Shown one piece after another: positions 25,545 to 38,174 of a DNA stretch of 64,000 nt. The number at the start of each line of letters is the position of its first letter. The stretch's first letter is position 1. The notes under the pieces were generated by a model, which was not told the DNA's origin, searched no databases, and saw only the letters and a program-made list of their open reading frames with translations. This stretch comes from Malacoraja senta (lineage: Eukaryota): contig CM075993.1 of assembly GCA_038087875.1 (NCBI GenBank), positions 10,108,001-10,172,000 on the forward strand, written 5' to 3'. Made by a program: the position numbers and the translations under genes.

Positions 25545-25840
25545 TAGTTTAGTTTTAGTTTGGAGGTACAGCCTGGAAACAGGCCCTTCGGCCCGCACCG
25601 ACCAGTGATCCCCGCACACTAATAGTACCCTACACACACTGGGGAAGGGTTACAATTTTGCAGAAGCCAATTAACCAACAAACCTGTACGTCTTTAGCAT
25701 GTGGGAGGAAACCGGAGCAACCGGAGAAAACCCACACAGGTCACGGGATAAGCGTACAAGCTCTGTACAGACAGCACCCGTAGTCAGGATCGAACCCGGG
25801 TCTCTGGCGCTGTGAGGCAGCAACTTTACCGCTGCACAAA
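25545..25840 (-). mobile_element. HE1-type SINE
   Basis: Full reverse-complement copy. Confidence 0.85.
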
Positions 25841-27158
25841 CTGTACCTCCCCTGCTGTAATGTTATTACTTCAGTGAAATATTAATTAACTTCGCGACTA
25901 ACCCACAGTGATTTATAAATGTGGGTTTTATACAGCTGTGCCTGGCTGCAGCAGAATCTTGCCAAAAGTTGGCAAATGAATAACTGCAGTTGGTTATTTA
26001 TTTTAATTCCCAGCAAGTGCCTCTGGAAACACATTATAATAGCACATCTGTTCATCGTTGTCTAAAAGAACTCTTTCCAATAACGTCAAATTATACAAAC
26101 TAGTTCCACCTGTATGTGTCTCATCACATGTTTAAAGATGTCAGAATGCCATGGAGTATCTAAACAGGCCCTTTAGTCCACCGTATACATATTGACTGTC
26201 AAACAATCTCCATCTACATTCATGTAATTGAAAGGAACTGCAGATGCTGGTTTGCACCAAAGATAGACACAAAATGCTGGAGTAACTCAGCGGAACAGGC
26301 AGCATCTCTGGAGAGATGGAGATCTCTGGTGTGAAGAAGGTCCCCTACCCGATACGTCACCTATCCATGTTCTCCAGAGATGCTACACTGGAATAATCCT
26401 CCACATTTTCCGCCACCTCCAACGGGATCCCACCACTAGCCACATTTTCCCATCACCACCCCATTCCGCCTTCCACAGAGACAGTTCCCTCCGCAACTCC
26501 CTGGTTAACTCATCCCTTCCCACCCAAACCACCTCCTTCTCAGTTACCTTCCCCTGCAACCACAGAAGATGCAACACCTGTCGCTTTACCTCCTCCCTCG
26601 ACTCTGTCCAGGGACCCCGACAGTCCTTTCAGGTTAGGCAGAGGTTCACTTGCACCTCCAACCTCATCTACTGTATCCAATGATCAAAATGTGGACTCTT
26701 ATACATCGACAGACCAAACGCAGACTGGGCGATCGTTTCATTAAATACCTTCCCTCAGCCCGCATGAACCAACCTGATCTCCCGGTTGCTGGACACTTTA
26801 ATTCTCCTTCCCATTCCTACACAGACCTTTCTGTCCTCAGTCTCCTCCATTGTCAGAGTGAGGCTAAACGCAAATTGGAGGAACAGCATCTCATATTTTG
26901 CTTGGGCAGCTTACAGCCCAGTGGTATGAATATTGACTTCTCTCACTTCAGGTAGCCCCGGCATTCCCTCTCTCTCTCTCTCTCTATCCCTCCCCCACCC
27001 AAGTCGCACCAGCTTCTCATTTTCACCCTACAAACAGCTTACAATGGCCTGTTTCCTTTATCATCGTTACTTTTTTGCATATCTTTCATTCATTGTTCTT
27101 TATCTCTCCACATCACCGTCTATATCTCCCATTTCCCTTATCCCTAACCAGTCTGAAG

Positions 27159-27568
27159 CAAACATCCTATAGCAAGCAAGATAGTCCACTCGACGAAAAA
27201 GACGTAGTACGGTCATGGGCAGAATCATGGATAATTTTCGGCCCCATTTCCGTAACCGGCTTCCGTCTCCGCACCAAAGATCCCATAGCGGAGCAAAGAT
27301 AACTAGGGCGGAGACGGAAGCCGGTTACGGAAACATCCTCGTAAAAATAAAAGTTATTTGGGAAAAATCTTCTCCTCATTTTCAGAATTTTAATTTATTA
27401 ACATAAACTGTTCCCCCGCAACGTTGATTACACTGCGAGTTGGGTCGGGTCGGGTCGGGTTACGAAAATGGATGAAAAAAAGGCCCATGTTCCGCTCCGT
27501 TGCGTACAACACATCAGCCCATTGCATTTAGCAGGAGTGGTCTATCTTGCTCCGCTATAGGATCTTTG
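27159..27568. mobile_element. hAT-type MITE
   Basis: CA..TG ends; imperfect TIR caaacatcctatagc..gcaagatag / ctatcttgctccgctataggatctttg; 8-bp TSD gtctgaag at 27151-27158 and 27569-27576. Confidence 0.85.
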
Positions 27569-27601
27569 GTCTGAAGAAGGGTCTCGACCTGAAACGTCAC
27601 C
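27568..27601 (+). ncRNA. Minimal hammerhead ribozyme motif, restored by the hAT TSD
   Basis: ggt-CTGAAGA-aGGGTctcgACCT-GAAA-CGTC-acc. Confidence 0.55.
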
Positions 27602-27764
27602 CATTCCTTCTCTCCAGAGATGCTGCCCGTCTCGCTGAGTTGCTCCAGCTTTTTGTGTCTACCCACCTGCACTAATCCCATACAACATCCCTCTGATTCT
27701 CTTGCTGCCCACTACTGCAAGGGACATCTTACAGCAGCCTAACGACCAGCTGGCCACTAAGGTT

Positions 27765-27912
27765 GGGGCACCATGGTTGCGCAGCTGCAGAGTTGCTGCC
27801 TCCCAGCGCCAGGAACCCAGGTTCGATCCTGACCGCAGGTGCTGTCTGTACGGAGTTTGTACGTTCTCCCTGTGACCACGTGGGTTTTCTCTGGTTTCCT
27901 CCCACTCTCCAA
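27765..27912 (+). mobile_element. HE1-type SINE 5' part
   Basis: tRNA-like head and core. Confidence 0.75.
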
Positions 27913-28119
27913 AGCTCCCCCCACCCCATTCCTCAATTCGGTACACCCATTACTGCCCATGCTCTGCCCCCCCCTCCTCACTCCCCCCTGCATTCAGTCT
28001 GAAGAAGGGTTCCAACCTGAAACATCACCAATCCATGTCCTCCAGAGATGCTGCCTGACCCGCTGAATTACTCCAGCATTTTGTGTCTTTCTTTGGTTTA
28101 AACCAGCATCTGCAGTTCC

Positions 28120-28378
28120 TAGTTCAGTTTAGTTTATTTACAGTCGACGCCAACCAGAGATCCTCGTTAAACTAGCACACACTAGGGACAATTTACAATT
28201 TTTACCAAAGATTATTAACCTACATACCTGTACGTCTTTGCAGTGTGGGAGGAAACTGGAGCACCCGGGGAAAACCCACGCAGTCACAGGAAGAATGTAC
28301 AAACTCGGTACAGACAGCACCCGTAGTCAGGATCGAACCTGGGTTTCTGGCGCTGTAAGGCAGCAACTCTACCGCTGC
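28120..28378 (-). mobile_element. HE1-type SINE
   Basis: Reverse-complement copy. Confidence 0.8.
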
Positions 28379-28919
28379 TAGACAAAAGTGCTGGAGAAAC
28401 TCAGCGGGTGCAGCAGCATCTATGGAGCGAAGGAAATAGGCAACGTCTCTGCGCTGTCTTAACTTCTGCCTTCTGCTCAAATCAGAGGCCTTCACTTTTG
28501 TGCTCCAGCCACCTTCCTTTCCCTTCCTCGAAACTGAAGATAGACACAAAATGCAGGAGTAACTCAGCAGGACAGGCAGCATCTTTGGAGAGAAGGGATA
28601 GGTGGCGTTTCGGTTCGAGACCCTTCTTCAGATTCCTTAAAACTGATCTACCAGAACCAGCAAAATGCAAATAGTTGACATGATCTCTACTGCAGTATAC
28701 AGATTGTCAAAGGACCTTGCCCAGACTCTTCGCTGTTCCTCGAGCTCTGACCTACTGAGTATTTTCAGCACTTCCTGTTTTTATTCTAGATTTTCAACAT
28801 CCGTAATTATCTGCTTTTCCACATCAGCACAAAGAACTATTTCCTACTTAAATCACTGGAAGAGGAAGAAGAAAGATCAGTCATTCATTACACTTTCAAG
28901 TGGAACAGGTGTCCGAGCT

Positions 28920-29212
28920 TATTTTAGTCTAGAGATACAGTGGAGAAACAGGTCCTTCAGCTCACCAAGTCCGCATCGACTAACAATCCCCGCACATTAA
29001 CACTACCCTACACACACTGGGGACAATTTACATTTATGCCAAGACAATTGACCTACAAACCTGTACGTCTTTGGAGTGTGGGAGGAAAGCGAAGATCTCG
29101 GAGAAAATTCATACAGTCACAGGGAGAAGGTACAAACTCCGTAGTGGGGATCGAACCCTGGTCTCTGGCGAAGCAAGGCAGCAACTCTACCGCTGCGCCA
29201 CCATGCAGCCCT
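28920..29212 (-). mobile_element. HE1-type SINE
   Basis: Reverse-complement copy. Confidence 0.82.
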
Positions 29213-29374
29213 TAGATGCCAACAGTTAGATGTTGCTTACACAATTACAAATAACTGAAAGGGGAAACCTGGCTTTGAGAAATCATGAAACATTTTAAGA
29301 TCTTTTCTATCCAAAACTCTAATTTCTCTACTGTTATTGGCAGTTCACTATTCAGTGCAGCTTCTGAATTCATC

Positions 29375-30320
29375 TTCATAAGCGATAGGTGCAGAATTAG
29401 GCCATTCGGTCCATCAAGTCTATTCCGCCATGGCTGATCTATCTTTCCCTCTCAACCCCATTCTCCTGCCTTCTCCCCATAACCCCTGACACCCGCACTA
29501 ATCAAGAATCTATCTAAAAATATCCATTGACTTGGCCTCCACAGCCTTCTGTGGCAATGAATTCCACAGTTTTGGTCTAACTGGGTCAAGATCTTATTCT
29601 ATCTCACAGCACTCTGTGACTGCTTCATCAATGGGATCCCAGTGGAGTTTGGAGATAGCATGGAGACAGGCCCTTTGGCCCAACTTGCCCATTCCGACCA
29701 ACATGCCCCAACTACACCAACATATCCCATATAGACAATAGACAATAGGGGCAGGAGTAGGCCATTCGGCCCTTCGAGCCAGCATCGCCATTCAATGTGA
29801 TCAAGGCTGATCATCCCCAATCAGTACCCCTTTCCTGCCTTCTCCCCATATCCCCCGACTCCGCTATTTTTAAGAGCTCTATCTAGCTCTCTTGAAAGCG
29901 TCCAGAGAACCTGCTTCCACCGCCCTCTGAGGCAGCGAATTCCACAGACTCACCACTCTCTGTGAGAAAAAGTGTTTCCTCGTCTCCGTTCTAAATGGCT
30001 TACCCCTTATTCTTAAACTGTGGCCCCTGGTTCTGGACTCCCCCAACATCGGGAACATGTTTCCTGCCTCTAGGGTAGACAAAAGTGCTGGAGAAACTCA
30101 GCGGGTGCAGCAGCATCTATGGAGCGAAGGAAATAGGCGACGTTTCGGCCCGGAACGTTACCTATTTCCTTCGCTCCATAGATGCTGCTGCACCCGCTGA
30201 GTTTCTCCAGCACTTTTGTCTACCTTCGATTTTCCAGGATCTGCAGTTCCTTCTTAAACACATTGTCTACTTTCCTGCCTCTAGCATGACCAAGCCCTTA
30301 ACAATCTTATATGTTTCAAA
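29375..30320 (-). mobile_element. CR1 3' fragments, interrupted by a Penelope fold-back (30074-30270)
   Basis: GESRTRGHSLRIRGKPFRTE..; (ctattgt)n tail. Confidence 0.8.
30074..30270. mobile_element. Penelope-derived fold-back, subfamily B
   Basis: 14-bp TSD tttcctgcctctag at 30060-30073 and 30271-30284. Confidence 0.88.
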
Positions 30321-30961
30321 CTACATATTTAATACTGTATATAAGCTACATCATGACTTAAAGCTGATTAAAAGGCAAGCATTAAATATTAACCTTGCTT
30401 GCAATGGCTGTATCGAGAACATTTAATTGAAGTACGCTGTGTAATTTAACTTGTAAAGGTAATGCCCACTGCAAAACAAATTCGTGTGAGATTGAGCTGT
30501 AAATTTAATTTTGGAGCACAGTTAATCATCTCAAGTTAACTTGTTCATTCCTTGATAAGCCCCAGACATCATCAACAGGAACTTGGCATCCAAGTCCAGG
30601 AAGCAGCTGACTGGCCCCAAAATAGCAAGATGGTCTCACATATCTGGAATTCATCACAGTATGGTTCAAAATGTCAAATGTTTCACATATGCGCCACATT
30701 ATGGTAACTTTCTATTATAAAATGCCTACAAGTGTGTCATGGAAAGTGCAAATAATGTCCTATATTGTCTTTGGCTTCAGTCCAAATAGTTCCTGGTCTC
30801 CAAAGTGCCCCGCTAAGGGTGGATTAATTTGTGTTTAACACGTTAACTGCCGTGACTTTCCCAACTCAAGTCACTGTGGCAGGGATGAAGTTACCTTCTC
30901 TGTCTGCTCCAGATGAGATTCAGGAAACCTCTAACTTATAAAGAAGCTGTTACGAGATCAC

Positions 30962-31263
30962 GGGCAGCACGGTGGCGCAGCGGTAGAGTTGCTGCCTCAC
31001 AGCGCCAGAGGCCCTGGTTCGATCCTGACTACGGGCGCTGTCTGTACAGAATTAATCCGTTCTCCCTGCAACCGGGTAGGTTTCCCCCGAGATCTTCGGT
31101 TTCCTGTCACGCTCCAAAGACGTGCAGGTTTGTCAGTTAATTGGCTTCGGTAAAATTGTAAATCGTCCCTAGTGTGTGGGATAGTGCGAGTGTGCGGGGA
31201 TCGCTGGTCGGCGCGGACTCGGTGGGCTGAAGGGCCTGTTTCTGTGCTGTATCTCTAAACTAA
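30962..31263 (+). mobile_element. HE1-type SINE
   Basis: Full copy with A/B boxes and tail. Confidence 0.88.
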
Positions 31264-31888
31264 AGAAAAGTGATGCACCAAATGGATTGGGATTATTACT
31301 CTTGCCTGTGGAACCATCCCTGGACTGAGGGACTTTCCATGTGACACCAGGAACAGTGGGTTCCTTGAAGCAGGGAAGTTCAAGGAGAAATCTAAAAAGG
31401 CGTTCAGAATAAGGAAAAATGTTGAGACAATAATTACAGGAAAACTCCAATAATCCTCTGGATAGACACAAAGTGCTGGAGTAACTCAGCGGGTCAGGCA
31501 GCATCTGTGGAGAACATGGACACAAAGTGCTGAAGTAACTCAGCGGGTTAGGCAGCATCTCTGGAGAAAACTTTGTAACTCTGTTGGCGCCCTTTGTAAT
31601 GCAGATTATTATATTGTTCAAGGAATTTTTTCCTCTAGCCACTAAGATTGAAGACAATGGGTAAGGAGATAAGCTCGTTACGTATGCAAACTCTCCACGA
31701 AACATTCATAGCCGTCCACAGATAAATCTTCAAAACACAGTCTCTTGATTAACTGTTTCTTTATCGTCGTAGTAACAACAGTGATATTCATCCAAACTTC
31801 TTCTTGTTTTAGTACATTTTAATCTGACTCATAGTCAAACTCGTGCATGGTAGAAAGCTGTGCCTTCCCCCCATGCTTCTTCAACTAA

Positions 31889-33240
31889 ACTAACGCCTGT
31901 GGTAATGAAGTGCTTTGAGAGGTTGATCATGACGCAGATCAACTCCTACCTCGACAAAAACCTGGACCCACTGCAGTTCGCTTACCGCCACAACAGATCA
32001 ACGGTGGATGCGATCTAGCTGGCCCTCCACTCCGCTCTGGACCACTTTGACAACAAAAACTCATATGTCAGGCTGTTATTCATTGATTACAGCTCGGCAT
32101 TTAATACAATCATCCCCTCCAAGCTGGTTACCAAACTCGCAGAACTGGGTCTCTGCGCATCCCTCTGCAATTGGATCCTCGACTTCCTCATTCACAGACC
32201 ACAGTCTGTTCGTATTGGTGGAAATGTGTCAGACTCGATAACAATCAGCACAGGAGCACCTCAAGGCTGCGTGCTCATCCCCCTGCTGTACTCACTCTAT
32301 ACTCATGACTGCGTAGCCGGTCATAGTGCGAACTCCATCATCAAGTTCGCTGATGACACCACTGTTGTGGGACGTATCACTGATGGGGATGAGTCAGAGT
32401 ATAGAAGAGAGATCGAGCAACTGTCCATATGGTGCCAGCACAATAACCTGGCCCTCAACACCAGCAAAACCAAGGAACTGATTGTGGACTTTGGAAGGAG
32501 TAGGATGGGGACCCACAGTCCCGTTTATATCAATGGGTCGATGGTTGAAAGGGTCAAGAGCTTCAAATTCCTGGGCGTGCACATCTCTGAAGATCTTTCC
32601 TGGTCCGAGAACACTGATGCCATTATTAAGAAAGCACATCAGCGCCTCTACTTCCTGAGAAGATTACGGAGAGTCGGTTTGTCAAGGAGGACTCTCTCTA
32701 ACTTCTACAGGTACACAGTAGAGAACATGCTGACCGGTTGCATCGTGGCTTGGTTCGGCAACTTGAGCGCCCTGGAAAGGAAAAGACTACAAAAAGTAGT
32801 AAACACTGCCCAGTCCATCATCGGCTCTGACCTCCCTTCCATCGAGGGGATCTATCGCACTCGCTGCCTCAAAAAGGCTGGCAGTATCATCAAGGACCCA
32901 CACCATCCTGGCCACACACTCATCTCCCTGCTACCTTCAGGTAGAAGGTACAGGAGCCTGAAGACTGCAACGACCAGGTTCAGGAATAGCTACTTCCCCG
33001 CAGCCATCAGGCTATTAAACTTGGCTCGGACAAAACTCTGAACATTAATAGCCCATTATCTGTTATTTGCACTTTATCAGTTTATTTATTCATGTGTGTA
33101 TATATTTATAGAATGGTATATGGACACACTGATCTGTTTTGTAGTCAATGCCTACTATGTTCTGTTGTGCTGAAGCAAAGCAAGAATTTCATTGTCCTAT
33201 CAGGGACACATGACAATAAACTCTCTTGAATCTTGAATCT
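31889..33240 (+). mobile_element. Rex1/Babar-clade LINE, 5'-truncated
   Basis: [56 protein letters not shown]. One stop near 32017. AATAAA followed by (CTTGAAT)n tail. Confidence 0.92.
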
Positions 33241-33911
33241 AAACTCGCGTTTCTGCGTGAAAACTCCCAGCCACAAACACGCCTCCGACTACGTGATAAA
33301 TTCTACCCACATAATTACAGGCAGATAAAATGTAAAGGGCACTGGTTATAATTATAACATACAGAGTTAAGCTAAATGCCCACCACACCCTTTATGTAGC
33401 GACTCTTTGCATACCTTGGGTGGACAAAACAAAGAATATCACTGTGACTTGTCACATTCATTCATTCCCCTTAAACTCAGGAGTTTGTGATTCCTGGCTT
33501 CCCTGTAAACACACCATGGCCTTATTTCCCACACTTGTTCCAAACGCATACGTCTCAGTCGAACATTTATTCTGCTTCTGTGTAGGAAAGTGAATTGGTA
33601 TTAATAAGAGTGATATGCAATAGTCTGGTAAATGATTCAGTCCAGCACCACCAAGTCCCGAGGGTGCCATGTAATCGAAGCTTTACTGTAAAAAGAAACT
33701 GATCGCCGTTGGTTTAAAGTAATGGGGAAAAGAACAGGAAGGTCACCGGACGATTCTCAGGGAGTTCTACAAAGACGGCGATTGAATCTATTCCCACCCC
33801 CTGTGCCACAGATCAGAACCCCACGCTGCTCCTTCTGGAAAAGACTTTTGCTCATTCTAATGCGCCGCTCGAAAGGATAATTGAAATATATTCAGTATTA
33901 ACCCTCACAAT

Positions 33912-34062
33912 AAAACATAGAAACATAGAAAATAGGTGCAGGAGTAGGCCATTCGGCCCTTTGAGCCAGCACCACCATTCAATATGATCATGGCTGATCA
34001 TCCAAAGTCAGTACCCGTTCCTGCTTTCTCCCCATATCCCTTGATTCCATTAGCCCTAAGAA
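33912..34062 (-). mobile_element. CR1 3' tail fragment
   Basis: Matches 4688-4830. Confidence 0.8.
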
Positions 34063-34177
34063 ACTAGTTGATAGTTACAAAAGCTGCAGTAACTCAGTGG
34101 GCCAGACAGCATCTCTGGAGAAAAGGAATGGGTGACGTTTCGGGTCGGGATCCTTCTTCAGACAGAGTCAGGGGAAA

Positions 34178-37100
34178 GGCCAAACATTTCACTCTTCATT
34201 TACCTCCAAATCTAGAGGTACTGCAATTATTATTCGTAAAGGAATTCCATTTAAATCAAAGAACACTATTTTAGATAAGGAAGGGAGATATCTTATAGTA
34301 GCAGGGGAGATCAATAATATGCCAATTACGCTGGTAAACATATATGCGCCCAACTTTGATAACCCTCAATTTTTTAATAAAATTCTGAATATAATTGCAG
34401 AATCTAATTATCAAAATGTTATAATCGGAGGAGATTTTAATTGTGTTTTAGATCCTTATTTAGATAAATCGATGCAAAAACAAAAAGGTCAGACGAAATC
34501 TAAAACCAGTGAACTCTTACACACATATATGGAAAACACAAATATAACAGATGTATGGAGGATTGCAAACCCGACGGGAAGGGATTACTCGTTTTATTCA
34601 ATGGTGCATAAAACATATTCACGGATAGACTATTTTCTTGTGGATACAAAATTAATTTCGCAATCTCTGAATCCTAAATATCATATTAATGCGATCTCAG
34701 ATCATTCTCCGTTAACTTTTGTTCTAAAACTAGAAGGAATGTCTATGAATAAACCGTTCTGGAGGTTTAACTCACAAATTTTAAAAGACCCTCAAGGGAG
34801 TATCTATCTAAAAAAACAGATGGATCTATTTTTTGAGTTAAATGATACACCAGAGATATCCCCCACGTTATTATGGGAATCCTTCAAAGCATTTATAAGA
34901 GGAGTCATTATTTCATTTCAAGCTTATCAAAATAAAAAGAATAAGAATGAACAAAGACACTTAGAAGATCAAATAAAACAGTTAGATATAGATAATGCTA
35001 AAGACCCAACTATGGATAAACATAATAAAATACTACTACTGAAATTTCAGTTAAATAAATTACTGTCAGAGAAAGTTATAACATTATTTCAAATCACAAA
35101 ACAAGAACACTTCGAATTCGGGGACAAACCCCACAAACTTCTAGCACGACAACTTAAAAAACGGGAAAAAGAGAATGCAATATTAAAGATTAAATCAGAT
35201 AGAGGGGAAGTATTAACACTACCCAAGGATATTAATAAAAGATTTGCTCAATTTTACCAGAATCTATACACATCTAAAACGTCAATAGACAATAATAAAA
35301 TCGCAGAATTTTTAGATAATTGTAATCTACCACAATTAGAACGCAGGGAACAAGAGGAACTGGGAGCACAAATTACTTCTAAGGAGATAGAAGACACAAT
35401 AAAAACACTAAAAAATGGAAAAACACCAGGACCAGACGGATTCAGTAATGAATTTTATAAATCTTTTTATGATATAGTTACTCCACGATTACAAAAAATG
35501 TATACATATGCTTATAAAGAGCAAAACCTACCTGAAACACTAGCGGAATCAACGATCATATTAATACTTAAAAAAGATAAAAATATAGAAGAACCAGGAT
35601 CATATAGAGCTATTGCTTTGTTAAATACGGATCAGAAAATAATAGCAAAAACATTAGCCAATAGATTAAGCAAGTATGTTAGTAGACTAATACATGAGGA
35701 TCAAACAGGATTTATACCTAAGAGACACTCATTTAATAATTTGAGACGTTTGCTTAACATAATGCATTCACATAAATCTGATGACCAAGAGTTAGCTATC
35801 ATCTCACTGGACGCAGAAAAAGCGTTTGATCAAGTAGAATGGGACTATATGATCAAAGTATTGCAAAAATTCCAATTGGGAGAAAACTTTATTGCATGGA
35901 TAAAACTACTATATAACAAACCTACGGCTAGAATACTAACTAATAATATATTATCTTCAAAATTCGAATTATCTAGGGGCAACAGACAAGGATGTTCACT
36001 ATCACCGCTGTTATTTGCTTTGGTAATTGAACCCCTTGCTGAAAAAATAAGAACACACTCGAATATTCACGGTTATAATACAAAATATTCAAACAACAAA
36101 CTATCCCTATATGCTGATGATGTACTACTGTACATCACAAAACCACAAATTAGTATACCAAATATATTAAACTTAATTGAGGACTTTGGATCCTTTTCAG
36201 GATATAGAATAAATTGGAACAAAAGTGAAATTATGTCGATTAAACCAAAAGACTCAACACATCTCAGGAAATTCCCTTTTAAAATAGCTATGGAAAAATT
36301 CAAATATTTAGGAATTGAGATTACTAGAAATTACCATGATATGTTTAAAGCTAATTATAATCCCCTACTTAAGAAATTAAATAATCTGATTAAATTTTGG
36401 AAAACACTTCCGATGTCCTTAATAGGTAGGATAAATGCTATAAAAATGATTTTCTTGCCACAAATCCTTTACCTATTTCAATCAATACCTATATATCTCC
36501 CAAAAAAGTTTTTCAAAAAACTGGACTCAGACATTACAAATTTTATATGGGATTACAAATCCCACAGAATACAAAGAACACACCTTAACAAACGAAAAGA
36601 GTTGGGGGGTCTAGCGCTCCCTAACTTTATGTATTATAACTGGGCAGTAAATATTAAAAATATGATTCACCTGCTGGACAATTCTGCCCAGCAGGTGGAC
36701 TGGATTATAATGGAAAAAGGGGATTGCTCCCCGAATAATATAGGAGCGATTATTCTCTCTCCAATAAATTTGAATAATAAAAATTATAATAAAAATCCAA
36801 TTATATATAGCACTATTAGAACATGGAAGCAAATAAAACAGAATCTAAAATTAAGAAACCTATCTCTCTTAATACCAATAGTCAATAACCCATCGTTTAA
36901 ACCTTCAATCATAGATAAAGCATTTATACAATGGGAAAGAATGGGAATTAAAACGCTCGAAGATCTGTATGAATTAGAAAAATTACTATCATTCCAACAA
37001 CTACAACTGAAATATAATTTGAAAAATAATCAATATTTTAAATATCTACAAATCTGTGACTATTTGAAAACACACACAAAAGATTATTATAATATGCCTT

Positions 37101-37780
37101 CCGACTTACTAGATGAAGCAATGAAGACAAAGGCGGAATCAGTTAATTTAATATCATACTTATATAATATCATCTTAAATATAGAAATACCCACAACAGA
37201 TGGAATTAGAAGAGATTGGGAACAAGATCTAGGTATAAAAATTTCAAAAGAGAGTTGGGATAATCATTTATTACAGGTGCATAAATGCTCGATCAACGTA
37301 CGACATACGCTTATCCAATTTAAAACATTACATAGATTATATTATTCAAAAACCAAACTAAATAAAATCTTTCCTAACGTCTCACCAATCTGTGATAAAT
37401 GTATATGTCAAGAAGCTACCATAGCACATTCTTTTGTTTTTTGTACAAAAATCCAAAAATTCTGGTTTGAAATATTTGATATTTTTTCAAAATTAATCAA
37501 AATAAAACTGGTACCAAAACCAGAATGGATTATTTTTGGAATATCGGAAGGTATTCCTGAATTAAACGTGTATCAGAAGAATTTACTCAATTATGGGCTA
37601 ATAATGGGAAAAAAGCTTATACTTAAATTCTGGAAAAATGCGCCCACACCAACAATAAAAATGTGGACATCAAATATGTTGGAAACATTACATCTGGAAG
37701 AGATGAGATTCCTCCTAGTAGGCAAAGTAGATCAATTTCAAAAGACGTGGTCTACGTTTTTGGACCTATTACAAGCATGA
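34178..37780 (+). CDS. L1 ORF2 (AP endonuclease lacking its N-terminus, reverse transcriptase, C-terminal Cys/His motif)
   Basis: Uninterrupted frame, open upstream of the 34319 ATG back to the insertion junction (GQTFHSSFTSKSRGTAII..). Motifs NIYAPN, GDFN, SRIDY, SDH, PGPDG, DAEKAFD, RQGCSLSP, YADD, CDKC..H...C. Confidence 0.95.
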   Translation, partial: GQTFHSSFTSKSRGTAIIIRKGIPFKSKNTILDKEGRYLIVAGEINNMPITLVNIYAPNFDNPQFFNKILNIIAESNYQNVIIGGDFNCVLDPYLDKSMQKQKGQTKSKTSELLHTYMENTNITDVWRIANPTGRDYSFYSMVHKTYSRIDYFLVDTKLISQSLNPKYHINAISDHSPLTFVLKLEGMSMNKPFWRFNSQILKDPQGSIYLKKQMDLFFELNDTPEISPTLLWESFKAFIRGVIISFQAYQNKKNKNEQRHLEDQIKQLDIDNAKDPTMDKHNKILLLKFQLNKLLSEKVITLFQITKQEHFEFGDKPHKLLARQLKKREKENAILKIKSDRGEVLTLPKDINKRFAQFYQNLYTSKTSIDNNKIAEFLDNCNLPQLERREQEELGAQITSKEIEDTIKTLKNGKTPGPDGFSNEFYKSFYDIVTPRLQKMYTYAYKEQNLPETLAESTIILILKKDKNIEEPGSYRAIALLNTDQKIIAKTLANRLSKYVSRLIHEDQTGFIPKRHSFNNLRRLLNIMHSHKSDDQELAIISLDAEKAFDQVEWDYMIKVLQKFQLGENFIAWIKLLYNKPTARILTNNILSSKFELSRGNRQGCSLSPLLFALVIEPLAEKIRTHSNIHGYNTKYSNNKLSLYADDVLLYITKPQISIPNILNLIEDFGSFSGYRINWNKSEIMSIKPKDSTHLRKFPFKIAMEKFKYLGIEITRNYHDMFKANYNPLLKKLNNLIKFWKTLPMSLIGRINAIKMIFLPQILYLFQSIPIYLPKKFFKKLDSDITNFIWDYKSHRIQRTHLNKRKELGGLALPNFMYYNWAVNIKNMIHLLDNSAQQVDWIIMEKGDCSPNNIGAIILSPINLNNKNYNKNPIIYSTIRTWKQIKQNLKLRNLSLLIPIVNNPSFKPSIIDKAFIQWERMGIKTLEDLYELEKLLSFQQLQLKYNLKNNQYFKYLQICDYLKTHTKDYYNMPSDLLDEAMKTKAESVNLISYLYNIILNIEIPTTDGIRRDWEQDLGIKISKESWDNHLLQVHKCSINVRHTLIQFKTLHRLYYSKTKLNKIFPNVSPICDKCICQEATIAHSFVFCTKIQKFWFEIFDIFSKLIKIKLVPKPEWIIFGISEGIPELNVYQKNLLNYGLIMGKKLILKFWKNAPTPTIKMWTSNMLETLHLEEMRFLLVGKVDQFQKTWSTFLDLLQA

Positions 37781-38174
37781 GGTGCAATAGTAATTTAGAA
37801 AAACAAATAAATAAATAAAAGGTATCTGGACCTGGTAATGGGAGGTAAAATAAAAACAGACTTGGTTGGTAGTTCCTTCTCTATGAAGTATGGTATAAGA
37901 ATTATAATAGAGCGATTGTTCCTTCTTTCTTTCTCTTTTTTTTTCTAGGGTCTATTTTCTAACTTTACTTCCTTCTCTAACTTCTTTTCTAAGGGGCTTT
38001 CTTTTCCCAACACTCTTTTGCACTTCACAACCTTTGTGCACTTTCTTCACTTTTCTTACTTCTTTCTTTTTCTTTCTTAAAGTTTAAAAAAGTGAAGCGG
38101 TACAAAAAATGTATTAATATATACGTGTTGTACATTACTGTAATCTACCGTACTTCTAAAAAATAAAAAAAAAA
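34180..38174 (+). mobile_element. L1-clade LINE, 5'-truncated, young
   Basis: Long ORF2, T-rich 3' UTR, AATAAA plus poly(A) at about 38158-38174. 29-bp TSD tccttcttcagacagagtcaggggaaagg at 34151-34179 and 38175-38203. Confidence 0.95.

Larger units (their letters stand above)
26230..27660 (+). mobile_element. Penelope-like retroelement, 5'-truncated: inverted arm, degraded linker plus GIY-YIG endonuclease, 3' UTR and hammerhead arm; interrupted by a hAT MITE
   Basis: 26395-26955 translates (frameshifted) to ..FPCNHRRCNTC..FTCTS.NLIYCI..KCGLLYI..TKRRLGDRF..PVAGHFNSPSHS..RKLEEQHLIF.LGSLQPSGMNIDF. The Cys-rich linker suggests the Neptune group. Confidence 0.88.
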
